64,000 nt of DNA from Octopus sinensis (Eukaryota). The notes below the pieces were generated by a model. It was not told the DNA's origin. It saw only the letters and a list, made by a program, of their open reading frames with translations, and ran no database searches. Below, in pieces: positions 40,860 to 52,845 of the stretch (within the stretch, counting starts at the first letter, position 1; the number at the start of each line of letters is the position of its first letter). A program made the translations under genes and the position numbers. The stretch is taken from NCBI RefSeq assembly GCF_006345805.1, contig NC_042999.1:145762001-145826000 (forward strand), given 5' to 3'.

Positions 40860-41790
40860 AATCACCATCACCCAAAAGATTATAGCAGCAGCCCAAAATT
40901 CGACATCGGTGAAATAAACATATGCGGTAAACATTGCAGTGGCAAGAAGTGACCGACAGAAGAATACATTTTTGTGCTGTTCATGAGGCAATGCCAAACT
41001 GCCATCAAGTTCTGGTCCTCTTCAATTTCTCAAGAATATACACATTCATGCGGTAAAAGAAGCACAATTTTTTCAAAGATACCTTCGGAAATACAATTCA
41101 GCATTTTAGGTAAAAATCAATGTGAGCTAACAAGAGCAAGACAGACATATCATTCTGTAAAGCTGATTGAGTTCAGGGTTAGTGGTACCGCTTAATGTGT
41201 TAATCTCTAGCAATTTTTGAAGAGTGTAACAAAATTGTGATGAGGCATGTAAAACGAAGATGCACTAATGTCAATAGCGGATTGCAGCTGTACATAGAAA
41301 ATTACAGAAAGCACTTCATCAAATGCACATGCATGTAAAAAATGTCAAATGTGCACTGGAAGTGAGAAGCGATACTGGGAATCACAGAAATCATCATCAA
41401 TTATCATCCACACACACCATATTACAGAATCTTAATGCAAGTACAAGCAAGTGTCAATGATGAAATTGCAATCGTAATCGTTGCTGAATAGCAATAACTA
41501 CGTGACTGTTTTGTAAAAAAGTGAGGAAATTTGGAGAGAACACGAGAAAGTGTCAGCGTCAATGAATCTGCTGACGAGTAATTCTAGCACAGAAAAATAT
41601 GGCTGTAAAGAGACATCAACAGGACACCATTGGACATACCTCCAGTAAAAAGGAAGTTGCTACAAGTCAATAGACATGGTCAATTCCCTGGATCAAGATT
41701 TAAATTCACCAACTGAATTTCTGAACATCCGCGAACCAGTAAGGAACCACACCATACAATTTGAATATAATTTGTGACTCTGATTCCCAG
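40860..41790 (+). pseudogene. Helitron RepHel relic
   Basis: Degraded peptides DIGEINICGKHCSGKK*..CCS*GNAKLP, RKYNSAF, VQG*WYRL, NDEIAIVIV, and Pif1-like YKSID..PTEFLN. Confidence 0.65.
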
Positions 41791-41849
41791 AAACCGTGAA
41801 TACATATTGTATATATATAGTGAAGAATGGAAACCTCTGTATACACTTG

Positions 41850-42255
41850 TGATAGGTATATAACACTACTCTACATTTCCACATACAACCCCAGAAACAA
41901 AGAAGCATTCAGCACAATAATGCAAAATCTACCAATACTACACAAGGACCTAAAACTAAAAAGAATTTTGTGACATTAAAATTGTCAAAAGCAACAAACA
42001 ACCTAAGTCATTAAAGAAACTACTAACTAATGCAAAATTATTCCCCTCCACAACAAGCCCCAAAGTAAAAAAATGTAGTTGCCCCAACTGTGATGCATCC
42101 CCAACCTTATGGAAGGGTCAGAATACTATTTTAAACAAAGGCAACACTTTACAATTAAATGAAATTTCCCTTGTACATCTGAAGATCCGATCTACATAAT
42201 CAGATGCTCGGGCATCGTCTGTCTGGATGTTTTGCGTTCTTGTCCCATTTTGTGA
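41850..42255 (+). mobile_element. Penelope-like element ORF relic (linker and start of GIY-YIG)
   Basis: YISTYNP..KQPKSLKKLLTNAKL..KCSCPNC..FPCTSEDPIYIIRCS; ends in a ~42-bp terminus shared with 8905-8945. Confidence 0.65.
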
Positions 42256-42749
42256 GTAGATTTTGTACACACAAGAAGACTGTCGTATACATATGTATAT
42301 TTGTTTGTTTGTATCTGTGTTTGGACCCCAACCATTCCTTGACAAACGATGTTGGCGTGTTTACGTTCCCATAACTTAGCAATTATGGGAACTGCGGGAA
42401 TCAGTGCTAGGCTTACAAAGAGTAAATCCTGTGGTCAATTTGTTCGACTTAAGGCAGTGGTCCAGCATGGCCGCAGTCACACGACGGAAACAAGTAAAAC
42501 AATTGTAAACTATTCCATTTTAATCCCGAGCAATATATATGTAAATATGTAAATATATGAATGTATATATGCATATATATATTATTTATATTATATTATA
42601 TTATATATATATATATGTAAATATATGAATGTATATATGCATATATATATATATATTATTTATATTATATTATATCATATTATATATATATATATATATA
42701 TATGAAAAAACAAGTCAAGAGAGAAAATGCTAAAATAATTTTATAAAGA

Positions 42750-42798
42750 ACATTTCAGTACCGGTTTCAGTCATTTTGAGACCTTTTCAACTGTAACG
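42750..42798 (-). ncRNA. Putative minimal type I hammerhead, U3-A8 core variant
   Basis: Minus strand: CGUUaCAG-UUGAAAA-GGUC ucaaaau GACU-GAAAC cg GUA/CUGaAAUG; palindromic stem III ACCGGU. Confidence 0.55.
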
Positions 42799-43072
42799 AT
42801 TAAATAATTAAATTTAGAAAAATTAAAAGAAAAGTTTTTTTAAAAGAATATTTGTATAGTGTTCAAATATAAGTGGCATTTTCCTTGTTTCTGCCTTTCT
42901 CTGTCTCTCTTGTTTGCACTTGTGGGTTCGAAGAGGTCGTTGTGAATTCTTGGTAGGGAAGAAGAAGAAGGAGAAGAAGGATGAGGAGAAGGGGGTGGAA
43001 TTTGGGAGTGCCTTGATTGTTGTATTTTGAGTGGTCAGTGGCGGCTAGCAATTGCTGTTCAATTCATGAGAA

Positions 43073-43459
43073 TCTCTCTCTATATAAACGGCAGTTTGTC
43101 TGTGCGTGTTTCTGTGTGTCTGTTTTCTCGTACCCTCACCCTGACCACGGCTTTCAACCGATTCTGATGAAACTTGACACACACATAGCCCAATGTCATA
43201 ATTCAAAACTAACGCAGCGAAAATTTTGAAAAGTTCCCCCAGTTCTGAAAAAAATCGATAAATTCGACATGGGGTCGAGAATAAAAAAAAACAAACCACA
43301 GACTGTCTAGGGGACGCAACTCAACCTTTTTTTACTCTCAAAAAAAATTTACCATCATTTTTTTTTCCATTTTTTTGCTATTTTTTGGCTATAACTCTCT
43401 AAAAATGCTTTATAGTTATTTCCCTTACAAACCTGAGCAACGCCGGGCGATACTGCTAG
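43073..43459 (+). mobile_element. Short non-autonomous Helitron, same family as 30575-31866
   Basis: a|TC start, first ~250 bp closely match the reverse complement of 31620-31866; 3' hairpin and CTAG|t. Confidence 0.8.
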
Positions 43460-43778
43460 TATTTCTATAAAAAGGTTTGTTTATAGAATTTGCGTAGGTG
43501 TTATACTAAAAAACATTAGTGATAAAGTTAGGAAGTAGAGGGGGGAGAAGAAGAAGTTTGAATGTTTGCATATATGTACATGTCTACAGAGATGGTTTAC
43601 AAACGAAGGAAAAGACCATTGAACACATACACACATTACCTAATAAACGCATTGGTAACAGTTTGTGATTTACTCTGTAAATTTTAACGTAAACGGCATA
43701 TTTATTCGGGCGTGATTTTAGCTGCATATTCACACTCGCCCAGTCGCCCAGCCCACATGCATCAGTTATATGAGTATG

Positions 43779-43847
<69 letters not shown>

Positions 43848-44287
43848 TGTGTGTGCGTGCGTGCGTGTATATGTGTGTGTGTAAGTGTGTACGTGCTTAT
43901 GTGTACCACGATAACATTTACTTCTGAAATTAATTTCCGTGAAAAATGTAAATTGAAACTCTCTACAATATCATTGAAGTGTAACCCGATACATTGAAAT
44001 ACGAGAAACAAAGGAGGAACAAAACAAATTATGACATCTACCCGAAGGAATTTTGAACTGAAATTCATTAAATAAACATCAATTCTATGATTAATCTTAC
44101 GTATACATTAACTTGCTCTTTAACAAACAATATTAAAGGTTTCTATCGTCTGAATGTCTGAGTGTCCATTAGTCTTCCTGCGCAAAATAGCTTCTATCGT
44201 TTCACTAAAATTTGCTATTATCCTTAAACTCATTCCAATAGAAGTAAAATTTAGGACAAAAAGTCAAAAAGTAAAATAGAAATTTAG

Positions 44288-44805
44288 TGGTACCTTGGGC
44301 AAGTATCTTCTACTATAACCTCGGGCCAACCAAAGCCTTGTGAGTGGATTTGGTAGACAAAAACTGAAGGGCGAAATGCGTAGTCGTATTTCGTCTGCCG
44401 TTACGTTCTGAGTTCAAATTCCGCCGAGGTCGACTTTGCCTTTCATCCTTTCGGGGTCGATTAAGTAAGTACCAGTTACGCACTGGGATCGATATAATCG
44501 ACTTAATCCGTTTGTCTGTCCTTGTTTGTCGCCTCTGTGTTTAGCCCCTTGTGGGTAGTAAAGAAAAAAAAATATATATGTATGTATGTGTGTGTCTGTA
44601 TGTATGTGTTTGTGTGTCTGTGTTTGTCCTCCACCGATGCTGGTGTATTTACGTCCCCGTAACTTTGTGGTTCGGCAAAAGAGACCGATCGAATAAGTAC
44701 TAGCCTTATAAAGAATAAGTTCAGGGATCGGTTTATTCGACTAAAGGCTGTGCTCCAGCATGGCCGCAGTCAATGACTGAAACAAATGAAAGAGTAAAAG
44801 AGTAT
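44288..44805 (+). mobile_element. SINE family A interrupted by SINE family B (44369-44565)
   Basis: Family A 5' part to 44368, then family B body, then family A 3' half from ~44590. Confidence 0.8.
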
Positions 44806-46344
44806 TGCGTAAGTAGTGTTCAACAACAGTTCTGTCTTTGTAGTGGATCAGCATGCGTACTTCTAGTATAAAAAGTCAATACATCATGTCAAAGGCATAG
44901 CAACGCATTGACCGGTGGATTGGATATGAGATATTGAAGCTGCCCGTTATTTTAGTTCCCTTCTCTGTATATTCGTGTATCACAAGGACTTCACTAGCAA
45001 CTAAACTTATGAGTTTGGGATGTTGATTGAATGCTTTTGTTGTGGTTATTGTGTAGCCTCGATTATTTTTTGATTGAGCAAATTTACGATGAAAGGTATT
45101 CACCTCTTTAAAAATCCGTCCTATTTATATTTTATATTTCTGACATCGTATTGACTTGAGCTGTTCACACAAACCGAGACTTGAGCAATTCACACAACGG
45201 AGCTATAATGTTGGACTAAATTCCAGTATGTCTTACTCTTATTCGTTACACAGAGGACAAAGATTAAGTAGCCGAAAGCAAATGACGCAGCGAGTTATAA
45301 AAAATTCGACAACGAGGTAGCAAGAATGACCACCAAATTCAAAGGCGAAGACGAACAAAAGCTCAACTTGCTGGGGCTGCCTGCTGGAGCCTAGCAGCCG
45401 GTATTTAAAGGGAAAATTAACAAGACAGTCAGTCGCCCGCTGACACTCGATAACGCTACATCGAAGAGGCCAAGGAACAGAAGAAAGAAGGCATGCATCC
45501 AACACCAGAGCTGAAGACACCTCCGAAAGAGGAGGGGGCACTTCAAAACGGTAGGGCTAGGGGCCGAAACCGGACGTGGTTCCTCCTGATGATGTCTTGA
45601 GCTAACTGGATCCTATTGAGAAGCTGTTGTGGTAGCAGACCACGAAACACGGTTCAAATTCCTCAACGCACTTGTTTCAAATTCACTGGCAAATGCGTTG
45701 TCTGCATTATTTTTCCGGATTTATTCAATTATATTGATTCATTCGACGGTATGCTTCCCCGGTAGGTATAAAGTGGTCTTGTGCTAAGGTTTAAATCAAT
45801 ATCGTCCACGTTGGAAACAAACAACATGCGAAATGTCTTCTTTACTGAGGTATTAAGGAAGGTAAAAAATCAAGATTATACATAACATTATAATTTTTTG
45901 ACTAATTAGCTTCCTTTAGGAATAAAAATGTCCATCCATCCACCCATCCATCCAAATTTTTAGTAGGTGTAAACACACGGACAGGTTTCTTTTATCGAAT
46001 TGGTAGACACAACCCGCTCCGGATTGAGTTGCTGTCTCGAAGACTTTGGCATATTTCTGATATTTTGTTCTATGCCAGTTCTATTTAACGAACCTTCTGC
46101 AATCATGGCGCACGAGGATCTTAGTTTTCTTGATTTCGTTTCTTTTTTCTCGTTCCATTTTTTTCACCAACTGTCTTTCCGTTTTTTCCACGTATTTTTC
46201 TTATTTTCTCACCGGCCAGCGACCTTAGAACCTAAAATATATAAAAAATAGAATTGCTTGGAGATGCAAAAATGTTCGTTTCCATGTTTTTGTTTTTATG
46301 TTTTCGTTTCTCATTGTGTTCAACATTTTGTTGATGTCCTGTAC

Positions 46345-46391
<47 letters not shown>

Positions 46392-46410
46392 TGTGTGTGT
46401 GTATGTGTGT

Positions 46411-46441
<31 letters not shown>

Positions 46442-47034
46442 CGTGCGTGTGTGTATGTAAGTATGTATGTACATATAGATATTCAGCTTTAGAGATGGAA
46501 ATATATTCAATATTTGAAATTGTTGGATCCGTAGAACTTGGGAGGAGAGAATGGTCTCAGTATTTAGTTACAGCATACGGTTGTAATTTTTATCTGAAAG
46601 GAGCAAGATTGAAGAATTACGACTTGCGCTTAACACCGTGCTCTCTCTTTCCTTCACTACAACGATGAGCAAGCGCCCCAAAATTTGGAGTTTCCAGGAA
46701 TTCTATGGAGCCACGCCTTCCATAACCATTTTCTACACATTGAGAATTTTCACCGGAATATATTTGGTTTACCTTCTTTTACATTTCTCTTTATTTATAC
46801 AACACGGCCTGGTATAATTACTATTATATAAATTTAATAAAATTGGCTGTTGTTTGTTAAAATACGTCAACATTGATTAAATCAAAGAAGAACTACTTTT
46901 TCGTTTCTTTCTTCCTCTTAAAAACGTTCTCTCTCTCTCTCCCTCTCTCTTCCTCTCTCTCTCTCCCTCTCTCTTCCTCTCGAACACACGCGTGTATATA
47001 TATATATATATATATTAAGGTATGTAGAAAAATA

Positions 47035-47385
47035 CAACATGGACAAGAACGTATAACTCATAGAAGACGATACAATAAACATGGACAGGACATTCGAACC
47101 CCTCAGTCTTCAGTCAAGAACCGGATCATCGTAGTAATTTCGGCTGATTAATCTTGAGATTACTAGATCACGGCCAGCCCTCCAAGAAAAACTAAGCAAC
47201 GAGCATTAGAAAAACTAAGCTGGAAGCGTAGATTCCTGGAAGAAGGATCGAATGCATACGAACACCAGGACAGCAAAAGGGACAGATATAAAAAAAAACA
47301 AAAAACAATAATGGAATACAGAAACATGAAATACAGAAGCATTAACGGTGAAAACAACAAGTGTCTTACGACTGATAACAAGCAA
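47035..47385 (-). mobile_element. Second copy of the 8905-9260 repeat family
   Basis: Same ordered motifs; flanked by TA repeats. Confidence 0.5.
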
Positions 47386-47428
47386 TATATATATACCTTA
47401 TTTAAAGCAGCAGAAAATTCAAAAAAAC

Positions 47429-47466
47429 CTGTTACTCTGAGTTTCATGTTCCCGTTCGTCGGACAG
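47429..47466 (-). ncRNA. Putative minimal type I hammerhead (U4C core change)
   Basis: Minus strand: CUGU-CCGACGA-ACG ggaa CAU-GAAA-CUC a GAG-UA/ACAG; one mismatch in stem II. Confidence 0.5.
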
Positions 47467-47598
47467 TTTTTGCTAGAATAGAACCGATATGTTAATTCTA
47501 TCCAGACTAGTATGAACGCTACACCTTTAAAAATGGACTTGTTTGATTGGTCCTTTACAAATAACGGTCAATATTCGAGGGATAAACAAAAATGAGCT

Positions 47599-47643
<45 letters not shown>

Positions 47644-48545
47644 GAAATTCGAGGAAAAAACCTTACATCGAATCTTTGGTTAAAATACATATTGTCATTA
47701 ATAAAGGAAATATAATTAATACATGGATATTGAAATTAAAATGTTAAAATGCATTAAAATATTAAAATTAAAATTTTAAAATGCATTAACATATCCATAT
47801 TAAACTATACATATATAGTACTGTTTCGTAATATTTTAATGCATTTTAACATTTGAAACCAATATTCAATTGTAATAAACTTGATACAAGAACGAGAAGG
47901 ATAAACACTTAAATTATGGGTACAGGCCATTCGACTGCCTTCTACATAGTCTCTGTATATCCAAATTCACTTAGGCACAGGTAAACTGTTTTCAAATCCC
48001 ATACCTTTCTGCAAAAGTAACTGGGTGGATTTCCTGTTTCTAATTAAAAGTATGGCTTTATCATCACACAGGCCTGTTGAAGAATGTCAATGAAAACGTC
48101 CTTCATACTCACGTTAAGTGCCTGAGTAAAACAGCCGTTTCATCACTGTTGATCGGGTTCAATACTTAACCTGAGACGATCGCCTGGCATCATCCCTTTA
48201 AACAAAAATACAGGATTTTTCTCTAATAGGCAAAGTTTTAGACACGATTGAAAAGACTGAAGTCAGGTATTGTCTCCGCTGGCGTTATGACCTCAGGTAA
48301 AATGTTTTGTGATATTTATTGAGGGATTATTTTTTACATTCTAAGTTCAAATCACATCGATATCGCTTTTTCCTTTCTTCCGTCTGGGGTTGAATAATAC
48401 CAATCAAATACTGGGTCAATATAATTACATGACCTCAACCCCAATTTCCTTAGCATTGCATATTTGTAGGAAATTATTATGAAAAACTATTTGCATTGGT
48501 TTCGTCAACAAATAGTGTTCATTTGTGACATTTTTTTCTCTACAG

Positions 48546-48635
48546 GCGGTAATGGTGGCAGCTCTTCAGGAAGCAACGGGCAGGATGGTTCTTCTTATAT
48601 TAACCGCGCATCTACAGTATACGTTTTTGAACCAA
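48546..48635 (+). CDS. ALK: ALK/LTK-like RTK, internal exon D (end of glycine-rich domain)
   Basis: tttctctacag|GC ... CCAA|gtaagt; 90 nt, phase 1-1; (G)GNGGSSSGSNGQDGSSYINRASTVYVFEP resembles ALK GNA...DGEDGVSFISP. Confidence 0.88.
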
Positions 48636-48946
48636 GTAAGTATCTAAGAATCTTACGTTATTCTAGTCAAATATAATCATTTACTTTTCCACTGAAGCAA
48701 TCTTAGTCATATCCAAGGTTTATATAAACTCATATTATTTACATTTTTATGTATCGAATCCGATTGCGTCGCTATGTCACACCAGAAATCTATGATCACT
48801 ATCAATTCACATTTCTTTTAATCTAAAATATCCTAACCAAGGGAGAGATGGTCGAGTACATTTCTTTCTATTATTACACTTTCAGAATCGGCTACGCTGT
48901 GTTGGATAACTGCTCACAGTTATCATGAATAAATAAGGTGTTTATA

Positions 48947-49021
<75 letters not shown>

Positions 49022-49023
<2 letters not shown>

Positions 49024-49237
49024 TTCTTTACTACCCACAAGGGGCTAAACATAGAGGGGACAAACAAGGACAGACAAAGGGATTAAGTCGATTACATCGA
49101 CCCCAGTGCGTAACTGGTACTTAATTTATCGACCCCGAAAGGATGAAAGGCAAAGTCGACCTCGGCGGAATTTGAACTCGGAACGTAACGACAGACGAAA
49201 TACTGCTACGAATTTCGCCCAGCGTGCTAACGTTTCT
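49022..49237 (-). mobile_element. SINE family B
   Basis: Reverse complement of 44369-44565. Confidence 0.8.
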
Positions 49238-49291
49238 ACACACACATATATATATACATATATTTATATCATAAAATACATTTTGTAAAGG

Positions 49292-49329
49292 TTAGTACCG
49301 GTTTTAGTCTTTTCGACTTTTATAACTAA
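49292..49329 (-). other. Degenerate hammerhead-like motif related to 42750-42798
   Basis: Minus strand: UUAG-UUAUAAA-AGUC gaaaa GACU-AAAAC cg GUA/CUAA. Stems kept, core mutated. Confidence 0.35.
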
Positions 49330-49706
49330 GAGTAAAGCAAGGAAAACAATTACATAGAAGAAAACATTTAAATTAAATGTTTTGTAAATATTTTCATAGT
49401 CTTCAAATAGGTAGGACATTTTCCTTTTTTTGTCTGTCACGCTCTCTTTTTCTTTGTGAAGGCTAGGTAGGCAGTAGCAGATCTGAAAAAATAGTGTTGA
49501 TGGCTCGCTACCCATGAACTTATTTAGAACAGTTCCTGTATTTCAAAGGACCAGCCTTGACACACACTGTGTCACGCTGAATCTTCCAGAGAACTACATT
49601 AAGGGTACACGTGTGTGTGGAGTGCTCAGCACGTTAATTTCTTGAGCAGGTTGTTCTGGTGTTCGGATCAACTGGAAACCTCGTCGTCGTAATCGACGGA
49701 TTGCCA

Positions 49707-49751
<45 letters not shown>

Positions 49752-49771
49752 TATATATGTATGTATATACT

Positions 49772-49885
49772 CAGACATGCAGGAAGTAATAGTCAGTTTT
49801 AATTTTCAAAATCTTTTATTTGATATTAATTGGTTGAAGGAGAGGTTTTCATCTAGCTGCTCGTCCATAATACCCAAGTTTATGC
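49772..49885 (-). mobile_element. Internally deleted fragment of the same Tc1 family
   Basis: First ~50 bp match the TIR at 10536-10590, then the sequence jumps to match 11258-11340. Confidence 0.75.
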
Positions 49886-50152
49886 AGATATGTACAGTTA
49901 ATCAGAGCCGGGTAGGGTTCGTTATTTGTTTTCTCTTTACCTACGTGAGTTGTTGAGTATTGCTGTCTGGGAGATATCTTATGGTAGTATTTTAACTGCT
50001 ATTTCTACATTTCGGTATGTGGTAAAGCAAATTTTGCTGAGCCCTAATTATAATTATGCTCATAATTATACAATTTTATATATATATATCAATTTGAATA
50101 TAAAATTAGAGTGAGAGAAAGAGAGAGAGGGATATATATATATATATATATA

Positions 50153-50222
<70 letters not shown>

Positions 50223-50846
50223 ATAAGTTAAGTATATCAGCTTGGGTTTGTACATATAAACAGAAAGAAAACAAAGACCTTTAAACTTCTCTGTATCATG
50301 ATCTGAAATAAAGATTTTTTCCACCCGCATGACAGAAGCTCGCTTTATCCGAAGTTTATTTCCTTCCATTACGGGCTGCATATTTTGGTGAACTACATCT
50401 ACCAGCATTATGATGGATGTCTGGACTCCCAGAAATAACTTTCTTACTTATAACACCTTACTTATTCTCCTTTCTTGTTCTTATTAAAAGTTCTTGTTAC
50501 CACTTTTAGCCCTACGCAAAAAATCCCAGATTTTATTTCATTTGCTTTGTGGGAAGGACTGTTTCAACGAAGTCGCGTCTTGTCCTTACCTTTGAAACGC
50601 GGAGTAGACGAAACAAGGACAACTGAAGGGGAATATTCTTTGTGTTTATGTCTCGTACTCTGTTTTTTCGTTGTTTGAAAAAAAAGTTCGTTTCCATGTT
50701 TTTGTTTTATGTTTTCGTTTCTCATTGTGTTCAACGTTTTTTTTTTTGTGTCCTGTACCCTTATATGCATGCATATATACATACAGATGTAGGTATGTAC
50801 ATATATGTATGTATATATGCATATGTTTATATATTATTTATGTTAT

Positions 50847-50905
<59 letters not shown>

Positions 50906-50908
<3 letters not shown>

Positions 50909-50952
50909 ATATCTGAAGACTCCACTAGAGTGGACGCAAGCGTTAATATGTG
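50906..50952 (+). other. Degenerate hammerhead-like motif (sense strand)
   Basis: UAUAUAU-CUGAAGA-cUCCAC uaga GUGGAc-GCAA-gcg-UUA/AUAUGUG; GAAA box reads GCAA and stem II closes with C.C. Confidence 0.4.
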
Positions 50953-51739
50953 ATTTATTAAAAACATGTGACATATTAATAAATATCTGTAAATATAAAA
51001 CCATCCAGATTTCTGAGTACCTTATTTCTTCTAATATATAATACCTGTACATCATCTCCAAACTTTCTAATATATATGTATGTATATGCATGTATGTATT
51101 GACCTATACATACTTTTGCCATTCGTACTAAATATAAAATTATAAATGCAATGTTTTTTGGTGCACATCATTGCTTTCGATCTTTGTTAGAAGCAGCACT
51201 TCTGGAGTGATTTCATAACGATCGTCTACTCACTTTCTTTCAAGCAAGATTTTAAAGCTCCTGTTAAAATCACTATACCAGTTCCCTAATTTTCTTGTAA
51301 TTTCACGATGCACACTGCATGCAAGCATCAACTGTTTTTGCAACTACTATTTTCCAATTCCATTTGCTTCATTACCACGACACAGCATTCTCATGTCAGC
51401 TTTATTTTGAAATATATTTTCCAGATTTCTGTCCTTACAGAGATATATGTCTTGTGAATGGAAAAATCATCAATAAGCCTCATTCCTTAAAATGCTAACT
51501 TCTCTAACCCTGCCAATTTTTGCCTTATTGTTTGCACCGTGGAAATAATTGCAAATAACCAATTCCTTTCTTCTTTCCAATTTTATTTTTAGGAAAATCG
51601 CCTCTTAGATTGATTGCCTTTCTATAGTTTCAATTCTGTTTCCCTTCCCAATCTTTTGGGACGGAAGTGTGTGTATGTGTGTGTTTGGCTACATGGGTAT
51701 ACATATATTAAAAGAAAGTTTCATTTTCGTTGGTTCTAG

Positions 51740-51892
51740 ACTTGCACAGTGGAGATGGTGAAGTAGAAATTTACGAATATTTTCCTTGTGCTTGTGAGGA
51801 ATACTGCATCGTCGAAGACAGTGTGAACCGTACCTATACCTGCAAGTGTCAGAATGATAAAACTTTGATGCCTGATAAACATACCTGTTCAG
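51740..51892 (+). CDS. ALK: ALK/LTK-like RTK, internal exon E (EGF-like domain)
   Basis: ttctag|AC ... TCAG|gtaag; 153 nt, phase 1-1; (N)LHSGDGEVEIYEYFPCACEEYCIVEDSVNRTYTCKCQNDKTLMPDKHTCS has six Cys and resembles ALK GHGEVNI..C..C....C...CFC....L..D..SC. Confidence 0.9.
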
Positions 51893-52511
51893 GTAAGAGC
51901 TATGCAATACCTTTTGGATTTCTAGTGAGAAATTGCGAAGAATATTTGTGGCGAAGAAATTGTAGAAACAATTAGGTGACGAAATAAATGCTTTTTATAC
52001 GTTTTCAGCTGAAATTCTATCGCGTTTGACTGCCTTTTATTCCTCCGAGGCCGATAAATTACTCGTAATCTTTCACGTCATTCGAACTATAGCTAGAATT
52101 GTGGCCTTGAGAAAATATAAAAAATTTATCTGTGTGGCACAAGAGCAGTGACTGAGCAAACATAAGATGGAAAGAAATGGAATAAATGAAATAAACTCTA
52201 AGTTGAACGATTAAAGAATTTAATCAGGTTCATCAAGGTTTTCTGTTTATATTCTGTTGAAAGCGGTTTTCTCAATACTCAAAATTAATACCAGTTGTGT
52301 GCTCGGAGACATGCAACTGAAATTACTTTTTCCAGTATAAATTAATTTGATACCATACAATTTCACATTCAATATGAGAATAATTCAATTCAAGCTGGAA
52401 TGGTTCCATTCATAATGGAATAATATATAACATGCTTTTTGGAAATAAATAATATATAAATTGAAAATGAATGGAACAATATAACGCAAAATCCTGTTTA
52501 TTATGAATGAT

Positions 52512-52845
52512 AAAGGCGCCGAGCTAGCTGAATCGTTAGCACGCCGGGCTAAATGCTTAGTGGTATTTCGTCTGCCGGTACGTCCTGAGTTCAAATTCCG
52601 CCGAGGTCGACTTTGCCTTTCATCCTTTCGGGGTTGATAAATTAAGTACCAGTTACGCACTGGGGCCGATGTAATCGACTTAATCCGTTTGTCTGTCCAT
52701 GTTTCTCCCCTCTGTGTGTAGCTCCTTGTGGGCAGTAAAGAAATAGGTATTTCGTCCGCCTTCATGTACTGGTTCAAATTCCGGCGAAGTGCACTTTGCC
52801 TTTCAACCTTTAGGGGTCGATGAAGTAAATATATGTTACGCACTG
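52512..52845 (+). mobile_element. SINE family B
   Basis: A-box-like agctagctgaatcg, B box gagttcaaattcc, central gcctttcatcctttcggggt.gataaattaagtaccag; internal partial repeat. Confidence 0.8.
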
